This document shows positions 52,301 through 61,757 of a stretch of 64,000 nt of DNA, piece by piece. The stretch lies in contig NC_092672.1 of assembly GCF_964355755.1 (NCBI RefSeq), positions 4,712,001 to 4,776,000 of the forward strand, in the 5' to 3' direction. The notes beneath the pieces are model-generated. The model did no database searches, was not told the origin of the DNA, and worked only from the letters and a program-made list of their open reading frames with translations. A program made the position numbers and the translations under genes. This DNA is from Antedon mediterranea (lineage: Eukaryota > Animalia > Echinodermata). Position 1 is the stretch's first letter. Every line of letters starts with the position of its first letter.

Positions 52301-55300
52301 GCGGAGGTTTGTACTCTCGGAGTACCCTCTAGTTAATAATATTAAAACACGTATGCCCATTTTTCGCTTAATATTACTACGTTTGTTTGCACAATAACGC
52401 TCACAATTGTCAACTTTTTCTCCTGATTTGTTAATAGATATATCAATAGATTATGCCTATCAATTTTCATGAAAATCGATATAGAAATAACGCAAAAAAT
52501 GTTTAAATGAAATCTCGAGTTATCTGCATGTTTAAATGGACCGAAATAATAAATAGCGCGCCCTCTTTCGCCCTGTGCATTTTCAAGTTCGTCTAAAACT
52601 TACATTGATGTGTCGACTGGACAGTTGTCAAATGCTCTGTATGGTAAACTATTTAATTGCCCATGATCTAAAAAACTGAATAATAATAATGTAAAATATT
52701 CATCAATATTAATGTATGTTGATAAAGGACAAACATTAATTGTTGATCATTTACACTTTACTAACATGTATAGTGAGGCAATTTGATTCAACGTGAAAGC
52801 ATCCGTCAGCAAAGTCTCTAAACAGTTGTGCGATAATCTCCTAAAAGAAAAAGAATGAAAAAGAAGCATATTAAAGTACTGTACTTTAAAGGTTTCGGAA
52901 GAGATTATTGTAAAACAGTATATTCTGGCTCAGTTTTACAGTGTGATTTCATTCTAGTGTACAAAGTTGATACACACATTTTCTTGTTACTCAAGTTTAA
53001 TTTAATTTATACTTACAGAGTATTTATATGTACCCCTCTAAATGAACCGTGTTCAATTTCTTCTATCGGGTTCGAATTAAAATTACTAAATAGAACAAAA
53101 GAAAAACATAATATAAAGTGTCGTTTATGGAATTGTAGTCTGTCGTATATTTTTTTTTATTTCGTGTGGCCAGCATTCACCACATATTACTATATTGAGG
53201 AAAGATCGGTACAGATGGTACTTGGGTCACACTAAAGAGGACTTGACCAATCACAAGCGATGGATTATTCGAACTGTCTCTTGTCATTGGTCAACTAATA
53301 AGAGTTTAAATAGGCCAACTTACATGGCACGTAACAGTCCTGATCCTTTAAACATATCTTCCTTGAGTTTTCTGATGTTATTGTTTTCAAAATTTCTAAA
53401 TAAAAATAAATCTATTAGAGAAAGTTGCAAATTTTGACGAGTGTATAAGTTACAAAATTAGTTTGTGCATAGTTCGGTTTTGACAAGTTCTTATATTCGA
53501 TAACTCCTTGGTTTGGTGAATATGATGGCATTGAGTGAGAATGATGTCGATATTGGTTATTATATTAATTATGAGAATGTCGGTAAAGGTTTTATCTTAC
53601 ATTACAGAAAGAAATGTTAGATTCTGGAAAACGTAGTCTATTTCGGTAAACTTGTTGTTTGTAGCGCTTCTAAAAAATAATAGAATTGATTAATAATAAG
53701 AAATACTGGTATTAAACTACAGAGCTTTGTTACTGAACTTGAACCCTAAACTTTCTTATAATCAAACTGAACTTAAAGACAAACACCTGCATCATTACTA
53801 CATTCATAATACTGTAATCTGTGTAACATTATTGAAGTCTCTTGTGATAATACAGTAGTTCTTTAAAACCATGAACACACACAGTTTTGGCACCAGGAGA
53901 AAATTTATGCTGCTTTAATATCCGGATAAACAAACAGCACAGTTTCAGTAGGCCTACACTATAAATGTACCAATAATTAAATTAATAACTATACGTAGGC
54001 CTACTCAAATCATTTTATTTCTCCGCAAAACCTTCACAGGCACCTTCTATTTCGTCGTGAAGGTCGTGTACTTGTTTACCTCTGTCCGAAAAGTGGTATT
54101 AATATCAAATAAAAACAACATGTTATACCTTGTAGTTTATATACTTACACCAACTGGATTGGTTTTGGTAGCTTTGGCAATTTACTCAGAAAATTATTGT
54201 CAAGGTATCTGTAGAAAAAAAAATTATTGCATGCTTAGTGTTGACGAATACCAGCTGCTGATAGCGGCGTTGTATAGATGTATAAACTACATTACAACAT
54301 TAGAATTAAATTAAAGTACTTAAATTTAGATAGACTTACAGTCGAGTAAGATGTTCCAGGTTGAGCAGTGCATCTTCTGGAATTGTTGTCAAATTATTAT
54401 TAGATAAGTTTCTGAAATATAAAAATTAAGCAGTTGTTTGGTTGGTTATAGCAAAGCTATATAATCTGTGGGTAGTAAAACCATGGATATACGCAAAACG
54501 TTACAGATAGTGGAATCAGTTACGTTACGTACGTATATCGCACCGATACTTCACCACTCACACAAAATATTGCTTCCAGAGTGGCTACTAAAGCTCTGTC
54601 TACACAATCAAACTTTATGTGGCAAAAAAAATTTTATGTGCCCAAAAATGGACATGATGATGTCATATCACTACCATATTTGAGCATACAACAACCATAT
54701 TTGGGTACACTTTTTTGTCTAACTAGTATGATAGTGTAGACAGAGCTTTAGCTATAAAGAACGACTTTATTTAATACAACTGTAGCTCTTAATTCTTTTA
54801 ATCAAACTAGTGGAATGTTATAAATTCATTTGTGATTACAAACCAGATGAACATTTGCAATCATAAAAACAATCTTATTGAAATACATGAGGTATTTTGT
54901 AGTAATATGAATTAACATCCGGCCTACACATTTCTGTCCATTTTCGGATGCTCTAAAGAAGCAGATGCACACATTATTTAAGTCTCTTGTGATATTTCTT
55001 TAAACCGATAGGCCTAAACTAAGATTGCTGGTGCCAGAAGAACATTTATGTTGCTTTAATATCCTGATAAACCAACATCACAGTTTCAGTTTTACTATAA
55101 ATGTACCTATAATTAAATTGTATTTTATTTATTTATTTTATTTTATTTCAACCACATCTAACAGCGAAAAATCGCCAATTACAGGATGCCTTAAAACTCT
55201 TTAGATATAAATATAGAATTAAAAGCACATTAAAATACAGAACATGAAACATACAAAATGAAAAACTTAAATCGATTTAAGAACTTTAGACTTAAATTTT

Positions 55301-58300
55301 GTCCAAACAAATATCGATAGTCTTATCTTTAATAGAAATTGAATTAAAAAGCTTGGATAATCTTTGATTGAAACCATTTTTGGTTACGTTGCGAGAGGTT
55401 GGTCGATTAATTTTGAGAAAAAAAAATGACAAAATATTTCATTTAAAAAGAGAGTTGAAGCATTTAAAAAAAAATACCAAATCGAAAAAGCTTCTCCGAG
55501 TATGAAGCGGAGAAAGATGAATTAAAGGACCTGGATTGTTGTGGTTAATAAAGTAAATAAATTTGAATTGAACCCGTTCGATACGATTTGATTGGGAGAT
55601 CAAAATGGAATTGTAAATTGTTGATAAAAAGTAAAAAATAGGTCGGACAAGAGAGATATAAAGTTTAAGTTTACTAACACTATCGATATTTTTATAGTGA
55701 CGCCAAAGCATATCTAATACGGGGCCTACTGAAAGTATTATTTTATTTTATTTCCCCGCAAAACATGGAAAACCTTTCTCGTGTTAGGCACCTTCTATTT
55801 CGTCGTGAAGGTCTGTTTTACCTTTGTCCGAAAAGTGACATTAATATCAATAAAAACAACATACTATACCTTGTAGTTTATATACTTACACCAACTGGAT
55901 TGATTTTGGTAGCTTTGGCAATTTACTCAGAAAATTATTGTCAAGGTATCTGTAGGAATAGAAATTACTGTATGCTTAGTGTTGACGAATCCAGTTGCTT
56001 ACAGCGCCGTTGTATAGATGTATAAACTACATTGCAACATTATAATTAAATAATAATTGTATTTTTAAAAGTATTTCAATTGTATTATACTTAATTATAG
56101 TACTTTAATTTAGATAGACTTACAGATCAGTAAGATGTTCCAGGCTGAGCAGTGCATCTTCTGGAATTGTTGTCAAATCATTATTAGATAAATTTCTGAA
56201 ATATAACAATTATGCAGTTGGTTATAGCAAAGCTATATAATCTGTGGGTATAGTGAAACCATGGATAGACGCAAAACGTTACCGATAGTGGAATCAGTTA
56301 CGTTACGTACGTATACCGCACCGATACTTTTATTATTATTATTCTTTTATTTCATATAAAACATCAAAAACATTAGACACCACCATGCCACAAGTTACCA
56401 CTAGTGGCCAAAGGCCAGATTGTGGGTAACTTTTACATGCATGTACCTAGACCAATAAAAATATACAAAAATGAAACATACAAAATAATAAATTATACAA
56501 AAATGAGTGAAAATCAGGCGTTAAGCAGGCGGATAAAATAAGGGATTGGGCTGTTACTGAAACGGGCGGTTCTGGATGGTAATTGTGAAATGTTATTACT
56601 ATTACGGAGCAACCTCCCATGACTTTCAAACCGTGTCACCGGTAAAAGATCAGCAGAATGAACAGTCTGAGATATTCCCTTGGCAAATTTGAGACTGTGA
56701 GCTATTCTCCTATCAGTAAGGGATGAGATGTTACAGACCTTTAGAGCTTTGTCATACGAACTAAAATCCCTTCCCAATATGGTACGGCATGCTCTGCGTT
56801 GGACAGATTCTATAGAGTTGCTAAGCGATTTGGTTAAGCCGGGGTGCCATACAACATCGGCATATTCAAGGAGGGGTCTAATATACCCACAGTAGACTTC
56901 ACCAGTTACACAAAATATTGCTTCCAGAGTGGCTACTAAAGCGCTGTCACAGTTTCAGTACACTATAAATGTACCTATAATTAAATCGTATGTTATACGT
57001 AGGCCTACTCCCAAAGCCTTATTTTATTTCCACGCAAGACGTGGAAAACCTTCCCTTCCCTGTATCTCGTCGTGAAGACAGCTGTCCGAAAAGTGGCATT
57101 AATATCAATAAAAACAATATACTAGACCTATACCTTGTAGTTTATATACTTACATATTCTCGATTGATTTTGGTAGCTTTGGCAATTTACTCAGGAAATT
57201 ACTATCAATAGAGCTGTAGAAATGACAGTAGAATTAAGCTATGTCTACACCATCAAACTAGTTCGCACAAAAAAGTGTGATGTGCCCAAGTATGGCAGTG
57301 ATATGACATCATCGTGTCCATTATGGGCACATCACATTTTTTTGTCACACAAAGTTTGATAGTGTAGACAGAGGTTGACGAAGATTATCCTATCCCAGCT
57401 GCTTATGCTGTTATAATATAGATGCATAAACTACATTACAGCATCAGAATGAAATAACAGCATTTCAATTGTATTATAATATTTATATTATTGTATTGTA
57501 ATTAAAAGTACTTGAATTTAGACAGACTTACAGTTGAGTAAGATTTTCCAGGCTGAGCAGTGCATCTTCTGGAATTGTTGTCAAATAATTATTAGATAAA
57601 ATTCTGAAATATAATTATAAAGTTGGTTATAGTAAAGCTCTATAATCTTTGGGTATTGTGAAACAACCATAGATAGACGCTAAACGTTACCGTTACTGGC
57701 ACCAGTTCTACGTACCGTATACCGATACTTCACCACTCCCACAAAATATTGTGAGTGGTAACTAAAGCTCTGTCTACACTATCAAACTTTATGTGACAAA
57801 AACATGTGATGTGCACAAATATTGACATGATGATGTCATAACACTACCATATTGGAGAATACAACATCACACTTTTTTTTTTCAAACTAGTTTGATAGAG
57901 TAGACAGAGCTTTAGCTAGGCCTAGAGAACAATTTGATACAATATTGTAGCCATTTTTTTTATCAGTGGATTTTATATATTCATTTGTGATTCCAAACCA
58001 GATGAACATTTACAATCATAAAACAATCTTAAATAAAATACATGAGGTATATTGTAGTAATATGAATTAACATCCGACCTACACACTTTCCGGATGCTCT
58101 AAGGAGAAAGATAATGTTATCGGAAATCATCTTCATGTTTTTTTTTTTCATTTCTCTTCCTTTTGCTATTTGATATTTTTTATATCATATAACAAACATA
58201 CCATTAGTATAGGTTAACGTTAATCGTTAAAGCTTGGTTCTCACTAGCGACGCAACGTAACGCAATCTACGCAACGTAAGAAAATTCCCTTCCAATCATT

Positions 58301-58797
58301 GTGTTTGCCCCCGCCTGCGTGAAATCAAACCTGCGATTTTTACAGCACTAGTGTTGCGTCGTTAAACTTAGTTTATAGGCCTAAGCACGGTCAATTATAG
58401 TTCATCCATTTTCATGGCGAGTTTTTCGCTGGTTGAATGTGTATGAAATCATTAAAAAAAATAAATGTATTAAAGCTTGGTTCCTCACTAGGACGCAATG
58501 CAAAGACGTACGCGAAACGCAAGTTGACAGATCTCGACGCCGTTGGATAATCCCGTTATTGCGCATCATACGTCCTTGCATTGCGTTTGTGTGGAACACC
58601 AAGTTCAATATAACTTCTTACAATACACTAGTGTTGCCTGGAATCGGTTGTATCAACTCTGTCAGTTGCTTGCCTGTACAGTCGACAGTTCCTCCTCCTC
58701 CTCGACGTGAGCTGCAGCTACAAACGTCACATACATCAGTTTCTGAAACACACACGCTTACCAAAAAAACAATGAGACCGTACAATATGGAATCCAT
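46307..58797 (-). CDS. Orphan LRR + Cys-rich repeat + multi-pass membrane protein, 1200 aa; exons 58622-58797, 57532-57603, 57154-57213, 56124-56195, 55890-55949, 54340-54411, 54149-54208, 53601-53669, 53324-53395, 53017-53085, 52766-52840, 52604-52675, 51367-51438, 51179-51244, 50525-50665, 50082-50150, 49725-49802, 49463-49585, 49054-49241, 46642-48486, 46307-46398
   Basis: Signal peptide MDSILYGLIVFLVSVCVS; LRRNT CDVCSC..VDCTGKQLTEL..PIP; a run of phase-2 symmetric exons encoding LxxNxLxxI LRRs; CxxCPxG(T/G)(F/Y) repeats; ~9 hydrophobic segments with SFFYVEY..CWFWEVLEIFTK. The 3603 nt are in frame. The supplied 693-aa ORF is the large exon plus intronic read-through. Confidence 0.88.
48703..48881. 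mobile_element. MITE family A (TIR AGC(T/G)TGGTTCCCACTAG.ACGCAACGCAAGG; TAA/TTA flanks, PIF/Harbinger-like). Other copies at ~2155-2270, 7394-7516, 12010-12162, 48538-48646, 48885-49035, 53240-53295, 58230-58370, 58474-58603, 59567-59931, 60058-60229, 60360-60510
   Basis: Long palindromic ends and a shared TTGACCAATCACAAGCGATGG core in about a dozen copies. Confidence 0.9.
50287..50445. mobile_element. Harbinger-like MITE (AGGCCAAC...GTTGGCCT)
   Basis: Imperfect ~30-bp TIRs and a CpG-rich internal palindrome. Confidence 0.7.
51893..52334. mobile_element. Non-autonomous TIR element with perfect 60-bp inverted repeats
   Basis: 51893-51952 is the exact reverse complement of 52275-52334 (AACTAGAGGGTACTCCGAGAGTACAAACCTCCGCCTACTGTAAAATTCCCCTACATAAAA). 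Confidence 0.9.
52114..52185 (-). pseudogene. tRNA-Glu(CTC)-like sequence with A box, B box and oligo-T terminator; not a functional tRNA
   Basis: GAGCGTTTGGTGTAATGGTTATGTATCCAGCCTCTCACAGTTGAGATCGCTGGTTCAAGTCCCGCTGAGG followed by T10; the acceptor stem does not pair. Confidence 0.65.
55120..55718 (-). mobile_element. 5'-truncated, decayed LINE (CR1/L2-group)
   Basis: KLYISLVRPI...SQSNRIERVQFKF...LHTRRSFFDLVFFFK with an (AAAT)n tail; it interrupts only one copy of the triplicated unit. Confidence 0.8.
56330..56895 (-). mobile_element. 5'-truncated LINE (CR1/L2-group ORF2 C-terminus and 3' tail)
   Basis: Minus strand encodes YCGYIRPLLEYADVVWHPGLTKSLSNSIESVQRRACRTILG...SLTDRR...RTARFSNSPIPYFIRLLN. 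It has an (AAT)n tail and ACTT duplicated at both ends, and is absent from the paralogous sites near 54549 and 57729. Confidence 0.9.
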
Positions 58798-59566
58798 TTT
58801 ATTTAAGCCAACACAAAACAATATCAGGCATAAAGGTTGTCTTTAATAAATACCATGTAACTGCTAGGCCTATATAGCGTGACAGCTCTCAATTCACTCA
58901 ATCAAAAATTATGAAATGACAGACGCGAAGACGTAATTATTATAAGGAAATTCAAATCGATACCAGCTTTCGGTTTCTTTATTTGGCTGTTTCCCTTCAA
59001 TTTTTTCGGTATCCACTAAAAATGGAATAACCCTGGACCTATATGTAGGTCCCTGGTATAACCATAAGCGGAGCAAACAATGTATGATTGTTGTAATTTA
59101 ATAGGCCCAATAGGATGCACTCTGTTACGAGAATACCTAACATTTTTTTTCACCTTTTGTTTTGTCGTAAGAAAAAAAAACAGCAAAATGTATACAATTC
59201 TATAATACGGTATCTATAAATAAATAAACAAACAGAAAACAATTTTACGATCCATTATCTTCAATAATTTTGCATTAAATATATTTACGCATTCTGTTTT
59301 TTACAAATTCCAATCCTACGCGACAAGTGTGCGCTGAATATGCCTAGTCGCCTTTGTTGCTTGTATTTCTTAAGTTTTCTGTGTAATTCTACTAAAGACT
59401 ACATGCCCTGTAATGCCCCAGGTAAGTTTGCCGAAACGAAGAATCTTAAATCAACAAAATCCAAAATAAGAAAAAAAATGAAATAAGAAACCTTAGTTTG
59501 TACGTTTATTAAAATAGACTTAACCGTATTGAAGACTTGTTAAATATTGTTAAATACAATGCATAA

Positions 59567-59931
59567 AGCTTGGTTCCCACTAGGACGCAACGCAAGGACG
59601 TAAGCGCAACGTTTAAAGCGTGGTTCCTACTAGAACGCAACGCAGTACTCACGCAAAGTGATGTATTGCGTAATCACAAGTGGGAACCGACGACGCAACA
59701 GCGCAGCAAAAATCGCAGGTTTGATTTCACGCAGGCGGGGGCAAACATAATTATTGGAAGGGCATTTTCTTACGTTGCGTAGGTTGCGTTACGTTGCGAC
59801 GCTAGTGGGAACCAAACTTTAGTAACTTGACCAATCACAAGCGATGGATTATCCGAACTGTCACTTGTCATTGGTCAATTCGGTTGTGTTGCGTTTAAGT
59901 CCTTGCGTTGCGTCCTAGTGGGAACCAAGCT
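59567..59931. mobile_element. Family A MITE with a related MITE nested inside it (59617-59818)
   Basis: Two sets of TIRs; the outer element resumes after the inner one. Confidence 0.85.
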
Positions 59932-61194
59932 CAAGTGTCATTACGCATTTTACATTGTTATGAGTCAATCGGCTATTAATATAATAGTTTAAGCGTGGTT
60001 CCCACTAGCGACATTGTACATTGTTATGAGTCAATCGGCTATTAATATAATAGTTTAAGCGTGGTTCCCACTAGCGACGCAACGTATGGACGTAACGCAA
60101 CGCAAGTGAATCACAAGCGATGGCTTATTCGCTTGTGATTTCTAACTGTCTATAACTTCGCTTGTCATTGGTTAAAACGCTTGCGTTACGTTTACGTCCT
60201 TGCGTTACGTTCTAGTGGGAACCAAGCTTTACTATTATCAATCCATTTTTACAAACTGAAATTACAAAATCATTAAATAACTTACAACTGAAACCATTGA
60301 ACGTTTAAAATCTGTCATTGCTAGAATTGACGTTAAATTATCCATTTTTACACAGCGTTTTGACGCAATGCAACGACGTACTGTAGGAGGCGTAACACAA
60401 GCTAGTTGACCAATGACAAGTGACAGTTCTACTAATAATCTTTGGCTTGTGTTTGGTCAGATTACTCGCGTTATGCTTACGTCCTTGCGTTACGTCAAAG
60501 TGGTAACCAAACGTTACGTCCTAACGTTACGACCAAGCAACAGCACAGAATTTACAGGTGGTATTTTTGGAAACTTTAAAAATATTATATTCTAATACAT
60601 TCAATAAAAACTACATCAGCGAATTAAAAAAAAACCCCTATAAAACATCTCTATGTTATGCCATATTACTGTACAAATATTAAAATTGGAAAAAAAACAT
60701 ATGTACATTAAAATATTACAGTATGATAGATGTTAATAATAATAATAATAATCTCTTAAGTACAAGATTTATTTGCTTTGCCCTACTCTGAATTAATTGT
60801 AATTATTACTAAATAAGTTCGTTTGAGAATACTTGCATAAAAAGTACTTCTCTGGTTGAACCCACGACTTCTAGAAATCTAGATCATTAGCCTGGAATTC
60901 ACACCTCTAGACCACAAAGCTTGCGCTTAGATTCAAGCTCAAGCAGGGGGTACTGCACCAGCATGATGATGATTTAATAAACTACTTTGAAATAGCTCTG
61001 GGTCACAGAGTTAATATTCATTTTTTTACACCAAGTTTTTATTTCGTCACTTTAAGGCAGCTAACATTTAGCTGAGATATGTTTATCTCTTCCTAGCAAA
61101 CATATAAAATAGCACCACGGAATGAAAGCTGCAGTAAAAATGAAGCTGCAGTACCATAACAGCTACATACAGTATCAAATGTAGCCTAACCAGC

Positions 61195-61757
61195 TGCTGT
61201 ACAGCAGCTGTAGTACAATAGCAGCTGCAGTACAATAGCAGCTGCAGCATAATAGCAACTGCAGTACAGTAGGCCTACTTATGCAGTGCAATAGTAAATA
61301 CACTACAATAGCAGCTGCACTCCAATAGCAGCTGCAGTACAGTAGGCCTACTATGCAGTAAAATAGTAGCTACAGTACAATAGCAGCTGCAGTACAATAG
61401 CAGCTACAGTACAATAGCAGCTACAGTACAATAGCAGCTACAGTACAATAGCAGCTGCAGTACAATAGCAGCTGCAGTACAACAGCAGCTACAGTACAAT
61501 AGCAGATGCAGTACAATAGCAGCTACAGTACAATAGCAGCTACAGTACAATAGCAGCTACAGTACAATAGCAGCTGCAGTACAATAGCCGTTACAGTACA
61601 ACAGCAGCTACAGTACAACAGCAGCTACAGTACAATAGCAGCTGCAGTACAATAGCAGCTGCAGTACAACAGCAGCTACAGTACAACAGCAGCTACAGTA
61701 CAATATCAGCTACAGTACAATATCAGCTACAGTACAATAGCAGCTGCAGTACAATAA
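61195..61757. repeat. 17-bp minisatellite TAGCAGCT(G/A)CAGTACAA
   Basis: Directly visible, ~30 copies, degenerate at the left end. Confidence 0.95.

Larger units (their letters stand above)
53830..58100. repeat. Tandem segmental triplication of a unit carrying one 72-nt and one 60-nt LRR exon
   Basis: Three copies of CATCTTCTGGAATTGTTGTCAAAT and TTTTGGTAGCTTTGGCAATTTACTCAG, with alignable flanking intron sequence. Confidence 0.95.
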
